Below, in pieces: positions 1 through 9,324 of a stretch of DNA of 64,000 nucleotides. Within the stretch, counting starts at the first letter, position 1, and each line of letters begins with the position of its first letter. Both the position numbers and the translations under genes were made by a program. The notes under the pieces were generated by a model that was given only the letters and a program-made list of their open reading frames with translations, had not been told where the DNA came from and ran no database searches. Source of the DNA: Tepidiformaceae bacterium (GTDB lineage: Bacteria > Chloroflexota > Dehalococcoidia > Tepidiformales > Tepidiformaceae); the NCBI GenBank assembly GCA_051003295.1, contig JBPCLM010000135.1, forward strand, positions 1,053-65,052, read 5' to 3'.

Positions 1-303
1 GGGCGGGCAAGATGTTTTTCTTCGATGCCCAGCACGGCGGCAACTTCGAAATTATGAGGCTGCGTACGGACCGGCCCCGGTTCTCATCGGACTTTCCCTC
101 CGGGCGGTTCAAGGCCGGGACGGTGGCCGGGCGCCCAGCAGCGATCGGGCCGCCCATCGTCCCGCGGGCTGGGGCATGGTCGAGGTGTGGATCTGGGATG
201 AGGCGACCGGAGTGCTCACGGCCATCCGCGGGAGCGCCCTTGGGATTGCTGACCTCCTCGCGCTCGCGGAGGGCTTGTTCACCGACGGTGCCGGACCCTC
301 CAC

Positions 304-320
304 AATCGTGAATCGTGAAT
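304..320. repeat. heptanucleotide tandem array, AATCGTG family, about 2.4 units
   Basis: aatcgtgaatcgtgaat read directly, just downstream of the ADH stop codon. Same unit as the arrays at 3253, 7504 and 57524. Confidence 0.7.
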
Positions 321-329
321 AGCCTTGGC

Positions 330-1412
330 TCAGTCAAACATCAACACGGTGCGCGCTACTTCGCCCGCCTTCATCGCACGGAATGCTTCATTCACATCTT
401 CCAATCGGCCGCGGCGGGTGATCATCTCATCCAGCTTTAGCCGGCCCTGCATGTAGAAGTCGATGTAGCGCGGCATATCGACGCGGAAACGGTTCGAGCC
501 CATTGTGCAGCCCTGGATCTTCTTCTGGCGCAGGAATGTACTGCCTTCCAGTTCAAGCTTCTGGCCCACGGGAATCATGCCCACGATTGTCGCTGTGCCG
601 CCGTCGCGGATGCATTCGAAGGCCTGCTCGGCGGCGCGCTTGAGCCCGATGCATTCGAAGGAGTAGTCCGCGCCACCACCGGTCAGGTCCTTGATCGCCT
701 GCACGGGGTCATGGGAAGAGGCGTCGACCACGTGCGTGGCGCCGAGTTCCTTCGCGCGCGCGAGTTTGTCTTCGTAGATATCGACGGCGATGATCATGCG
801 CGCCCCGCCGATGCGCGCGCCCTGGATGGCGGCCAGTCCGACGCCCCCGGTGCCGTACACGGCCACGGTCGAGCCAGGCTTGACCTCGGCGGTGTTGAGC
901 GCCGCGCCCACGCCCGTCGTGACGCCGCAGCCGATGAGCGCGGCCGCATCGAAGGGCATGTCGTTGCGCATCTTCACGAGCGCGTTCTGGTGCACGAGCA
1001 TCTGCTCAGCGTAGGTCGAGAGGTTGGCGAACTGGGCGACCGGCGCCCCATTCCAGGTGTACTTCGGCGGGTCCCCCTGGCCGCGGCGCACCTCGGGGTT
1101 GCGGCAAAGGTACGGCTCGCCTGTCAGGCAGCGTTCGCAGTGCCCGCAGAACACGCTCAGGCAGAGGATGACGTGGTCGCCGGGCTGCACGTAGGTGACC
1201 TGCTCACCCACGGCTTCGACGATGCCCGACCCCTCGTGGCCGAGGATGCTCGGCGGCTGCATGGGGTAGAAGCCATCGACGAAGTGCAGGTCGCTGTGGC
1301 AGACGCCGCTGGCCATGGTGCGCACCAGCACCTCCTGCGCCATGGGCTTATCGACTTCGACGTCTTCGATGGTGAGGGGCTGCTGCGCGCCGTGGAAGAT
1401 GGCTGCCTTCAT
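330..1412 (-). CDS. Zn-dependent alcohol dehydrogenase (MDR superfamily)
   Basis: ORF 330..1532 trimmed to the ATG at 1412 (MKAAIFHG), with a purine-rich RBS upstream. Motifs: GVCHSDLH and GHEGSG, structural Zn cluster CGHCERC-x7-C, and GTGGVG Rossmann motif. Confidence 0.9.
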   Translation of the reverse strand: MKAAIFHGAQQPLTIEDVEVDKPMAQEVLVRTMASGVCHSDLHFVDGFYPMQPPSILGHEGSGIVEAVGEQVTYVQPGDHVILCLSVFCGHCERCLTGEPYLCRNPEVRRGQGDPPKYTWNGAPVAQFANLSTYAEQMLVHQNALVKMRNDMPFDAAALIGCGVTTGVGAALNTAEVKPGSTVAVYGTGGVGLAAIQGARIGGARMIIAVDIYEDKLARAKELGATHVVDASSHDPVQAIKDLTGGGADYSFECIGLKRAAEQAFECIRDGGTATIVGMIPVGQKLELEGSTFLRQKKIQGCTMGSNRFRVDMPRYIDFYMQGRLKLDEMITRRGRLEDVNEAFRAMKAGEVARTVLMFD

Positions 1413-1527
1413 TTGGGTGGTCTCCTTGCGTTCGGTGACAGATTCGAGGGCGATGGCCGCGATGATACTCCCTGCGCCGGGCCGCCACCATGCCGCCCGC
1501 GCCGGGTGACCGGAGCCTGGCCGGCGG

Positions 1528-1533
1528 TACAAT
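1528..1533 (+). promoter_or_regulatory. candidate -10 box (TACAAT) of a leaderless transcript
   Basis: TACAAT, then 7 nt, then GTG at 1541. No Shine-Dalgarno between them. Confidence 0.4.
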
Positions 1534-1540
1534 CGCCCCC

Positions 1541-2337
1541 GTGAAGATGCTCGTGCTGGGCAACAGTGGCACCACCGGGAAGTGGGTCGGCTCGGACGCG
1601 CCGCCCTGGCCGGAGATCGTGCGGGCGGCCCTCGAAGTACGCCTGGGCGAGCCGGTCGAATGCGAAAACATGAGTTCGTCCCCTCCGGGCACCGGGCCGT
1701 CCAGTACGCTGCGGACCAGGTTGCGGCGGCGAACCCCGACGTGGTCGTCCTGCCGCTTTCGGCCTACACCTTCGGCGTGGGCTTCGTGGCGCTGCGCGTG
1801 CGTGAACGCTGGGGCGAACGGGCGTGGCGCTGGTACCTGCGCATCGGCGGGCGTGTGGACGCGGGCCTCGCGGGGCAAAGCGGGCTTCGGCTCAAAGCAA
1901 GGGAAGCTGCCCAGGGAATCGCGCGCAAGCTGATTGGGACGGCCAGCCACGCTCCCGCCGCCGAGGTCACGGCCGTGTACGCCGAAGTCATCCGGCAGCT
2001 CGCGCGCGGCGAGGGGGCGCAGGTCCTCGTGGTGGCGGAAAGTCGCTTCGGCAGGCGCATCCAGGAACTGAACCCGGGCCTCGTCCCCGCCATCGAAGCG
2101 TTCCAATCGGAGCTGCGCCCACTCGCGCAGGAGCACCGCCTGCCATGGGTGGATGCTGAGCTCGCGGTCGCCGCGGGGGGTGATCGCGAACGGGCCATGG
2201 CCCCCGATGGCGTGCACCACAGCGCCTACGGCCACCGCCTCTACGCTGCCATGGTGCTGGACGCCCTTGTGGCAGCGCTCGCTCCCGCGGCAGCTGCCGG
2301 CCGCGAGCCGCTTACGGCGCGCCCTCTATCGACGTAG
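1541..2337 (+). pseudogene. SGNH/GDSL-type hydrolase interrupted by a frameshift
   Basis: The frame of ORF 1490..1933 encodes block I (VKMLVLGNSGT). The frame of ORF 1582..2337 encodes the rest, including block V (PDGVHHSAYGH). The frames switch near 1670-1685. Confidence 0.6.
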
Positions 2338-2380
2338 ACTGCGCCCACAAAACGCTTTCCATCTCACAGGAGGCAACCCA

Positions 2381-3160
2381 ATGGACCGGCCCGTTGCGGT
2401 CATCACCGGCGCAAGCCGCGGCATCGGCAAGCAGTTGTGCATCGACCTGGCGGCGGCAGGCTACGACATCGTTGCCGCTGCGCGTTCCAGCGAAGCCAGC
2501 CCCAACAAGGTTCTCCCCGGCACCATCGACGAGGCGGTGGCGCTGGCGAAGGAAGCCGGCGGCGCCCAGTGCAGGGCCGTCGCGCACCCCCTGGACGTGC
2601 GCGATGAAGACGGCGTGGCGCGCATGGCGGACCGGGTCTTCAGCGAATTCGGCCGCTGCGACCTGGTCGTGAACAACGCCGCCATCGCGCCCCCGGGGCC
2701 GACCCTGCAGGCGCCGACGGCGCTCTGGCGCAAGGCGATGGACATCAACGTGCACGGGCCGCTCTACCTGATGTACTACTTCTGCCCGCGCATGCAGCCC
2801 GGCGAAGGACGCGTCGTGAACATCTCTTCGAACGCCTCGCAAGCGCCGGACTTCGGGCGCATCAGCTACACGACCACCAAGCGCGCGCTCGAAGCGCTGA
2901 CAGAAGGCATGTCGTTCGAACTCGCCGGCAACGTGGCGGTGAACTGCATCCGCCTCGAGCTGAGCGTGTGGAGCGAGGGCTACACCTCCACGCTGCCCGA
3001 ACAGGATTTCTCAGACTTCGAAGACCCCGTGATCATGTCCGACGCGGTGCTCTGGCTGGCGCGCCAGCCCATCAGTTACACCGGCCACGTGCTCACCATC
3101 ACGGACATGCGCAAGCTGGGCGCCGTGCGCGCCGTGACACGCATCGGCGACCGCGCGTAA
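2381..3160 (+). CDS. SDR family oxidoreductase
   Basis: ATG at 2381 preceded by AGGAGG (2368-2373). TGASRGIG cofactor motif, NNAA motif, and a YxxxK-like YTTTK. Confidence 0.9.
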   Translation: MDRPVAVITGASRGIGKQLCIDLAAAGYDIVAAARSSEASPNKVLPGTIDEAVALAKEAGGAQCRAVAHPLDVRDEDGVARMADRVFSEFGRCDLVVNNAAIAPPGPTLQAPTALWRKAMDINVHGPLYLMYYFCPRMQPGEGRVVNISSNASQAPDFGRISYTTTKRALEALTEGMSFELAGNVAVNCIRLELSVWSEGYTSTLPEQDFSDFEDPVIMSDAVLWLARQPISYTGHVLTITDMRKLGAVRAVTRIGDRA

Positions 3161-3201
3161 GGGCGGGCGGGCTGACGCGCGAAACCGGTGGTGTGCCGGA
3201 C

Positions 3202-3233
3202 TATCCGCTTGGTCACGCGCGCGGTTCTGTTGG
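3202..3233. repeat. 30-nt dispersed repeat (AACAGAACCGCGCGCGTRASCAAGCGGAT family), inverted copy
   Basis: tatccgcttggtcacgcgcgcggttctgttgg is the reverse complement of the unit seen at 16864 and 16926, with a few mismatches. Confidence 0.6.
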
Positions 3234-3608
3234 GCGTGGGGGCCGCGCAGCGCAATCGTCAATCGTGACTCGTAGATCGTGAATCGAATAGCGCCAGCGC
3301 ACGCGCCCGATGATCAGTGCGGGCGGGACCGGGCCGAACGTGCGACTGTCGGTGCTGGCCGCGGCATTATCGCCCGTCAGCCACACGCCGCCGTGGAGGT
3401 CGATTCGCCCCACGCGCTTCACAATGAGGCGCGCCGGGGAGCGTGGGTCGCGCGCGAGCACGATCGCGCCCGGTAGCGGCAGCCGCCGCCCGAAGCCACG
3501 GGTATCGATGATCACGAAGTCGCCGGGTCGTAGCACCGGGAGCATGCTTTCGCCGCGGATCTCGAAGCGCTGGAAGCGTCGCGCGCACGCCATGGCGAGG
3601 ACCGCCAC
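3213..3608 (-). CDS. sodX: S26 signal-peptidase-like protease, NiSOD maturation peptidase SodX-like
   Basis: Motifs GESMLP (Ser nucleophile), KRV, GDN and STDSR. Lies immediately downstream of sodN on the same strand. GTG start at 3608 (an ATG at 3593 is also possible). The last ~25 codons run through repeats. Confidence 0.75.
   Translation of the reverse strand: MAVLAMACARRFQRFEIRGESMLPVLRPGDFVIIDTRGFGRRLPLPGAIVLARDPRSPARLIVKRVGRIDLHGGVWLTGDNAAASTDSRTFGPVPPALIIGRVRWRYSIHDLRVTIDDCAARPPRPTEPRA
3253..3287. repeat. heptanucleotide tandem array, CAATCGT family, 5 units
   Basis: caatcgt caatcgt gactcgt agatcgt gaatcga. Lies inside the 3' tail of the sodX ORF. Confidence 0.8.
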
Positions 3609-3706
3609 AACCGCCGCGCAGCACAGCCCGAAGGCGAACGCCCGGGCCCGCGCGTAGGCGGCACGCCCGGGCTCGCGCTTGAGCGGCCTAGTACGTCCTG
3701 AAATTT

Positions 3707-3835
3707 GGCGCCGGTTCAGAAACGAGCACGGGTGTATTGCTCCCCTCGCCCACCGCAGTGGGAGAGGGGTTGGGGGTGAGGGCCCGAGGCCGCGGACTGC
3801 ACGCGTAGCGTCTCAATTGAGTACTAACTGGCGCG
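3707..3835. mobile_element. MITE-like palindromic element, copy 1 (REP hairpin core CCCCTCGCCC..GGGAGAGGGG)
   Basis: About 115-130 bp, similar to 42207..42320 with an identical 41-nt core. Terminal inverted GGCGCCRGTT / AACTGGCGCG. Sits between sodN and sodX and overlaps the last codons of sodN. Confidence 0.55.
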
Positions 3836-4267
3836 ATAGAAGGGGACGTCGCGTCCCTTGCTCGCCCAGAACATGGTGTGGATCTCCTCGATCGCGCTGA
3901 GGAGCGCCTCGCCGTTTTCAGGGTTCGATTCGACCTTGTTCTTGGAACAGAGCTTGGCCGCATTCCAGAAGACATCGTGCAGGTTTGGGTACTTCGCCAG
4001 GTGCTCCGGCTTGAAGTAGTCGTGCCAGAGCACAGCGATTTCGTGCTTGGCGAGTTCGGCCTGCGATTCCTTGATGTCGATGTAGCGCGTGCGCGTGTTC
4101 TCCGTCGCCAGGTCGTGCGCGTCGCCGAGGGCCGCCAGCTTCTTTTCCAGCGAGAGCACGGCTTCGGCGGCGATGCGTGCGGAAGCCGGGTCGTACACGC
4201 CGCAGGGGGCGTCGCAGTGGGCGTGGGCCACGCGTGATGGGCGGAGGATGCGGGTCAGAAGGCTCAT
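3824..4267 (-). CDS. sodN: nickel superoxide dismutase precursor
   Basis: ATG at 4267 with an AAGGAG RBS. A 16-aa propeptide (MSLLTRILRPSRVAHA) is followed by the Ni-hook HCDAPCGVY (consensus H-C-x-x-P-C-G-x-Y). Confidence 0.9.
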   Translation of the reverse strand: MSLLTRILRPSRVAHAHCDAPCGVYDPASARIAAEAVLSLEKKLAALGDAHDLATENTRTRYIDIKESQAELAKHEIAVLWHDYFKPEHLAKYPNLHDVFWNAAKLCSKNKVESNPENGEALLSAIEEIHTMFWASKGRDVPFYRAS

Positions 4268-4467
4268 GGGGTGCGATGCTCCTTGTGGTTGGGTGGACGC
4301 GGTAGGCGACAGGCGCGCCAGGTGCCCTGCGTTCAGCCTGCGCAGTATACGGCGGCCGGCGGCACGCGCGCGAGGAACGGGTCCCCCCGGTGGCTGGTGT
4401 TCGAAGATCACGCTGGGTGATGCGCTATTGTCGGGCCGGCCGACATTTGAGGCTTACCAGCATCTTG

Positions 4468-4779
4468 CTAGAGCAGATCCTGTACCAGAGAGCGCGACAC
4501 CAACGTTCGGGTCCCGTCCGCACGATTGGCCTTCGCCTCGAACTCCTGCCATTGGCGGTCAGCACTCCGGGCCTGCATGAAGGCCGCATACGCAGCCATG
4601 TCGTCGAACTCAAGCGTGGCCACCATCTGACCGGTGTTGGGGCCGCCCACGACCATCTCGCCCAAACGGAACCGGCCCCCGAGACGAGTCAGATGCTCCT
4701 TGGCCTGGGCCGTTTCCTTCAGAAACTCCTCGCGCTTGCCGTCGCGGGGTTGAAAAATAGTCACAGCACGAACTGCCAT
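4468..4779 (-). CDS. hypothetical small protein (103 aa)
   Basis: ATG at 4779 preceded by AGGAGG. High GC3. No family recognised with confidence. Confidence 0.65.
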   Translation of the reverse strand: MAVRAVTIFQPRDGKREEFLKETAQAKEHLTRLGGRFRLGEMVVGGPNTGQMVATLEFDDMAAYAAFMQARSADRQWQEFEAKANRADGTRTLVSRSLVQDLL

Positions 4780-4910
4780 TTCGACGCCTCCTGAGTGGCG
4801 ATCGCAAGGATACGTAATCGTAGATACGCTGGCAACCTTGTTGACCCAGGCTGCCATGTGGGGCACAGAGCAGGTGGCTCGCGGCACGCGCCCTGACTGG
4901 TGACGACGGC

Positions 4911-6473
4911 TCAGGCTCCGATGCGCACCGTTCCGCGCTCACCGTCCACCGTGATCATCGCGCCATCTGGGATTGCCGACGTGCCGATCATCGTCCCGAC
5001 GACGCAGGGGATGGTGTATTCGCGCGCACAGATGGCGGAGTGGGAGAGGACGCCCCCGGTGTCCGTGACCACTCCCCCGGCGATCGCGAAGAGCGGTGTC
5101 CAGGGCGGCGCCGTCATCGTGCAGACGAGGATGTCGCCGGGTTCAAGCCGGTCGGCGTCCGCCAGGTCCCGGATGACCCGGGCGCGGCCGCTGACAACGC
5201 CCTTGCTCGCGGGGTTTCCGGCAATGACCGCCGCGTCCTTGGAAGGCTCGACTCCCAGGCCGAAGAACCGCTTGAAGACGGATTGGACCTCCGGCGGAAC
5301 CTCGTCCATGGCCGGCGGCTGGCCGAGGAAGGGCGGGGGCGTGAGCGTCTTCGCGTGCTGGAGCTCGCGCTTGCGCTGTTCGACGAGCGCGAGCGTTGCC
5401 GAGGACGGGACGGTGGCGGCCTGCTTCAGCTCGACTGCATCAAGGAAGAACGCGTCGTTGGGGTCCGCGAGCGCTCCCGCCGCCTGCAGCTTTCGGCCGA
5501 GGGCAATCACAGGGACGCGAAGGCTGCCGACGATGGTCAGCTGCCAGCGGGCCCGCCCTTCGCTCATTGCGACGTGTGGCCGGGCGACCGCAACCATCCC
5601 CAGGAGCTGCTCGAGCACCTCACCGCTCAGCCGCGAACGGACGTCCTGCTCAGCGGTCTCGCGCAGCTCGGCCGAGCGCCCGATCGAAGCGCCGGGCGAA
5701 TGCTCCCCGCCATCGAGGAAGGCGGCGATGAGCTTGAGCGGCGCCGGCGCGTTCTCCGCCCAGGTTGGATGGTGCATCAGCGCCCAGTCGTCCACTCGCC
5801 AGCCGTAGTCCCGGAGGAAGGCCTCGAAACGTTCCAGGAACTCGGTTCCGCCAGCCACCGTCCCGAGCTCATCGAAGCGGCCGTCACGCAGCGCGCGGGC
5901 GACCTCCGGCAGCGTGCGCGCGAGATCGGTCAGCTCGCCGAGGCCGGAGCCCGCGGCGGATGTCTCGTTGGCGTATCCCTGGAGCATCGAGGAGACCAGC
6001 AATGGTCCATCCGGGCCGAGCGCCTGCTCGCTGAACTCGATCAGGCCAAGTGTCGGACCCATGAACGGCAGGATCACGACCATCGTGCAGCGGTACATCT
6101 CGCCCGCCTCCCGGAACAGCTCCGGCACCCGGCCCGCGAGGTCCGCCGCCGGGAGCGACTCGTAGTCCGCGGAGCGGACGGCCTCGCAGAAGGCGGCGAT
6201 ACGCGGGACGAACTCGTCCTCCCAGATGCGGACCGCGCCTTTTTCCAGCACTTCGGGGGTGGGCGGGGGCGGCCCATAGTCCTTCATGAAGGGGTAGCCG
6301 TTGACGAACGCTGTCTCGACCTGGAAGGCGCCGGTCATGATCGACCGCACGATGTCCTGGCTCAGCGGAGGCAGCGGCTGGGGCCAGTGCATGGGGTCGT
6401 ACATCCACGTGAACGCCCTGTCCGGGGCGTTCGGGAGCTCAAAGCCAGTGTCGGGGGCGGGTACGGTTGTCAT
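4911..6473 (-). CDS. PEP-utilizing enzyme mobile-domain protein (no ATP-grasp domain)
   Basis: ATG at 6473 with a GGAGGA RBS. The C-terminal swivel domain carries GGVLSHSAICAREYTIPCVVG (phospho-His motif). Confidence 0.85.
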   Translation of the reverse strand: MTTVPAPDTGFELPNAPDRAFTWMYDPMHWPQPLPPLSQDIVRSIMTGAFQVETAFVNGYPFMKDYGPPPPTPEVLEKGAVRIWEDEFVPRIAAFCEAVRSADYESLPAADLAGRVPELFREAGEMYRCTMVVILPFMGPTLGLIEFSEQALGPDGPLLVSSMLQGYANETSAAGSGLGELTDLARTLPEVARALRDGRFDELGTVAGGTEFLERFEAFLRDYGWRVDDWALMHHPTWAENAPAPLKLIAAFLDGGEHSPGASIGRSAELRETAEQDVRSRLSGEVLEQLLGMVAVARPHVAMSEGRARWQLTIVGSLRVPVIALGRKLQAAGALADPNDAFFLDAVELKQAATVPSSATLALVEQRKRELQHAKTLTPPPFLGQPPAMDEVPPEVQSVFKRFFGLGVEPSKDAAVIAGNPASKGVVSGRARVIRDLADADRLEPGDILVCTMTAPPWTPLFAIAGGVVTDTGGVLSHSAICAREYTIPCVVGTMIGTSAIPDGAMITVDGERGTVRIGA

Positions 6474-6727
6474 TGCTTCCTCCTGATGGATCCAGCGCCT
6501 CCTAGTGGCGGTCGGAACGATACGTGATCATACCTGCGGCGGCAACGTTGCTGACCACGGGTAGCGTCCCTACAGGGGTCGGGATGTTGAGCCCCCAGCG
6601 CTGGGTGGGCCGCCCAGGAGCCCGTCCCAGGGGGGCTCACCTCTTACCTTCACTGATGGTGCCTCCTCCCCCCATGCCACTCTGTGGCTCTCGGGGCCAT
6701 CCAATCTCTAAACCGTGTCCGGGTCTA

Positions 6728-6733
6728 TACAAT
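6728..6733 (+). promoter_or_regulatory. candidate -10 box (TATACAAT) upstream of rpsT
   Basis: tcTATACAATtatcc, about 150 nt upstream of the rpsT ATG. No convincing -35. Confidence 0.35.
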
Positions 6734-6882
6734 TATCCGGCTGTCCGGCGCTCCCGGGTGTCCCGGAGGTCTTCGGGCCTGAATCAGGGAACGGTGCCCC
6801 GGCAGCTTTGCCTCTTCGCGGGCCCGCCGCTATCCTTGGAGTCCGACCCTTCCCGCCCTCACCACAACAGACCGGAAGAACC

Positions 6883-7143
6883 ATGGCGAACAGCAAATCC
6901 GCGATAAAGCGCTGGCACCAGTCCCTCAAGCGGCGCGACCGCAACCGCGCCACGCGCACGCTCGCGCGTTCGGCCGTGCGCTCGCTGCGCGAAACGGCGG
7001 CCGCAGGCGATGAAGCGGCCACGGCAACGGCGCTTAGCGCGGCCTACTCCGCGCTCGATAGGGCGGCCAAGAAGGGCGCCTTCCACACGGGCCGGGCAGA
7101 CCGCGCGAAGCGGCGCCTGGCGGCCCTCGCCGCGAAGAGCTAG
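6883..7143 (+). CDS. rpsT: 30S ribosomal protein S20
   Basis: MANSKSAIKRWHQSLKRRDRNRA... is a typical S20 N-terminus. ATG at 6883 inside ORF 6715..7143. Confidence 0.95.
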   Translation: MANSKSAIKRWHQSLKRRDRNRATRTLARSAVRSLRETAAAGDEAATATALSAAYSALDRAAKKGAFHTGRADRAKRRLAALAAKS

Positions 7144-7224
7144 GCTTCCTCCCTCTCTCGGGCCTGTAAGCGCCGCTATCACGGCTCGCTGGAACGCCAG
7201 CCGCCGATACCGCACACTCGAACC

Positions 7225-7503
7225 ATGTCTGCACTGGACCTGCTCATGGCGATCGGCTTCCCGATCCTGCTGGTTGTCGGCACGATTGCCGCCTGGCGCA
7301 TCAGCAAGCGCGAGAACAGCATCGAGGTGGAGAAGCCAACCTGGCGGGATACTTCGCTCGACGACTGGACGCGCGAGCGAGACGAGGCCGCCGAACAGGA
7401 ACGCCTTTCCCGCGCCGCCAACCCCGTCGAGCGCACGGGTGAACGCACCGGCAACGAAGAGCAACAGGAAACCCAGACCACACACCATCGACTGGGCGGC
7501 TAG
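7225..7503 (+). CDS. hypothetical small membrane protein
   Basis: ATG at 7225. One N-terminal TM helix (LLMAIGFPILLVVGTIAAW) followed by an acidic tail. GC3-rich codons. Confidence 0.5.
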   Translation: MSALDLLMAIGFPILLVVGTIAAWRISKRENSIEVEKPTWRDTSLDDWTRERDEAAEQERLSRAANPVERTGERTGNEEQQETQTTHHRLGG

Positions 7504-7540
7504 CGATTGACGATCGACGATTCGTCGATTGTCGATTGAC
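7504..7540. repeat. heptanucleotide tandem array, ACGATTG (= CAATCGT reverse complement) family, about 5 units
   Basis: cgattga cgatcga cgattcg tcgattg tcgattg, directly after the stop at 7503. Confidence 0.75.
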
Positions 7541-7609
7541 CCGCCCGTGCCGTCGCCCGCGGGCGTGTGTATGCTCCGCGCGAGGCCGGGTTGCGGCCAC
7601 GGAGGCGGC

Positions 7610-8461
7610 ATGGAAACGTTCCGGGACCGTGTAGCGGTCGTCACCGGCGGCGCGAGCGGCATCGGGCTGGCGCTCGCGCACCGCTTCGCCGATGAGGGCA
7701 TGAAAGTTGTCATCGGCGATATCGAAGCGGAGCCGCTGGCGATGGCGGAAGCGGCCCTCGGCGCGAAGTCGCCCGTGCTCGCGCAACGCGTCGATGTGTC
7801 CCAGCCGGAGCAACTGGAAGCGCTCGCGGAGGCGGCCTACCGGCGCTTCGGGGCCGTGCACATCCTCTGCAATAACGCCGGCGTGGGTGGTTCCCCCGGC
7901 GCTTCCTGGGAGCTCTCCCTCGATGACTGGCGCTGGGTCATCGATGTCGACCTCTGGAGCGTCGTGCACGGCATTCGCGCGTTCATCCCGCGGATGATCG
8001 CCGCTGGCGAAGAAGGCCACATCGTCAACACTGCTTCCGTCGCCGGGCTGCTTTCGGGGGCGGTCGGTACGCCTTACACGGTCGCCAAGTTCGGCGTCGT
8101 GGCCCTGTCGGAGTCGCTGCACTACGAACTCGAGCGCGTCAACGCGAAGCTGGGCGTGTCCGTGCTCTGCCCCGGCTTCGTGAACACGAACATCTACGAT
8201 TCCGCGCGCAACCGCCAGGCCGGTTACGGCGAAGCGAGCCTGCAACCGACGCCCGAAGGCGAGCAGATGCGCGTCGCGCTCGATGAGTTCCGGCCAGCGA
8301 TGGCGCAGCCCGACGAGGTCGCCGCGCAGGTGTTCGAAGCTATCCGCGAACGCAGCCTGTACGTGGTGCCCGCCCCGGACAACCTGCGCGCGGCCGTGAG
8401 CAAGCGCCACGCCAACATCGACACGCTCAAGAACCCGGAGGGGCCGCCGGCGCTGTTCTAA
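7610..8461 (+). CDS. SDR family oxidoreductase
   Basis: ATG at 7610 with GGAGG at 7601-7605. TGGASGIG and NNAG motifs, and a YxxxK motif (YTVAK). Confidence 0.9.
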   Translation: METFRDRVAVVTGGASGIGLALAHRFADEGMKVVIGDIEAEPLAMAEAALGAKSPVLAQRVDVSQPEQLEALAEAAYRRFGAVHILCNNAGVGGSPGASWELSLDDWRWVIDVDLWSVVHGIRAFIPRMIAAGEEGHIVNTASVAGLLSGAVGTPYTVAKFGVVALSESLHYELERVNAKLGVSVLCPGFVNTNIYDSARNRQAGYGEASLQPTPEGEQMRVALDEFRPAMAQPDEVAAQVFEAIRERSLYVVPAPDNLRAAVSKRHANIDTLKNPEGPPALF

Positions 8462-8505
8462 TCGATCGAGCTTCGTCCCAAACCCCACAGCAGGAGGCAG
8501 AACCG

Positions 8506-9288
8506 ATGCGCGAGAACACGGCGAAAACGAAGTGGGCCGCGGGCGAGGTGACGTACGGAGCATGGCTTTCCGTGCCCACTTCCTTTTCCGCGGAAGTGAT
8601 GGCGCACCAGGGCTTCGACTGGGTCTGCATCGATATGCAGCACGGCCTGACGGACTACCAGGTGGCCCTCACCATGCTCCAGGTCATCGGCTCCACGCCC
8701 ACGATCCCGTTCGTGCGCGTGCCCTGGAACGAATTCGGGATCATCGGGCGCATGCTCGATGCAGGCGCGCTCGGCGTCATCATCCCGATGGTGAACAGCG
8801 TCGCCGAGGCGGAAGCAGCCGTGGCCGCCTGCCGCTACTTTCCCGCCGGTTCGCGCAGTTTCGGCCCGACCCGCGCCGCCTACTACGCCGGCGCCGACTA
8901 CTTCGCTCACGCAAACGAGCAGGTCGCGTGCATCCCCATGATCGAGACCGCCGGGGCAGTCGAGCGCATCGACGAAATCCTCTCCGTGCCGGGGATAGAC
9001 GCCGTCTACGTTGGCCCCGCGGACCTCAGCATCACGCTCGGGCAGCCGCCCGCGATGGACAACGGCGGCGCCTTCGAAGAGGCGCGCGTCGCCATCGCGC
9101 AGGCCTGTGCCCGGCACGGCGTGACGCCGGGGATCCACGCCAACGCCGGGCTCGCGGCGAAGCACTCGGCCGCCGGCTACCGCATGATCACGATCAGCGG
9201 CGATGTAGGCGCGATGGCCTCCGGGGCGGCGCGCGACCTGCGCTCCGTGCGCGAAGCCGCCGCCAGCGGGCAGCCGGTCTACCAGTAG
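8506..9288 (+). CDS. HpcH/HpaI family aldolase
   Basis: AGGAGG RBS and ATG at 8506. Class II aldolase pattern (WLSVPTSFSAEVMAHQGFDWVCIDMQHG, IPMIETAGAV, VGPADLS). Confidence 0.88.
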   Translation: MRENTAKTKWAAGEVTYGAWLSVPTSFSAEVMAHQGFDWVCIDMQHGLTDYQVALTMLQVIGSTPTIPFVRVPWNEFGIIGRMLDAGALGVIIPMVNSVAEAEAAVAACRYFPAGSRSFGPTRAAYYAGADYFAHANEQVACIPMIETAGAVERIDEILSVPGIDAVYVGPADLSITLGQPPAMDNGGAFEEARVAIAQACARHGVTPGIHANAGLAAKHSAAGYRMITISGDVGAMASGAARDLRSVREAAASGQPVYQ

Positions 9289-9324
9289 CACCGCCACCGG
9301 GCGGCCACCCGGGAAAAGGAATGC

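Noticed and set aside
1-321. Possible 3' end of a gene at the window edge (ORF 12..311, and an open frame ending at TAG 319-321).
   Set aside because: Coding-like codon bias appears to switch frame around 165-180, and no motif is recognisable. It is too short and ambiguous to call, and may be a truncated or frameshifted gene end.
1660-1690. Programmed -1 ribosomal frameshift in the SGNH hydrolase.
   Set aside because: There is no X XXY YYZ slippery heptamer at the junction (gaaaaca is not one) and no obvious downstream pseudoknot. An indel is the simpler explanation.
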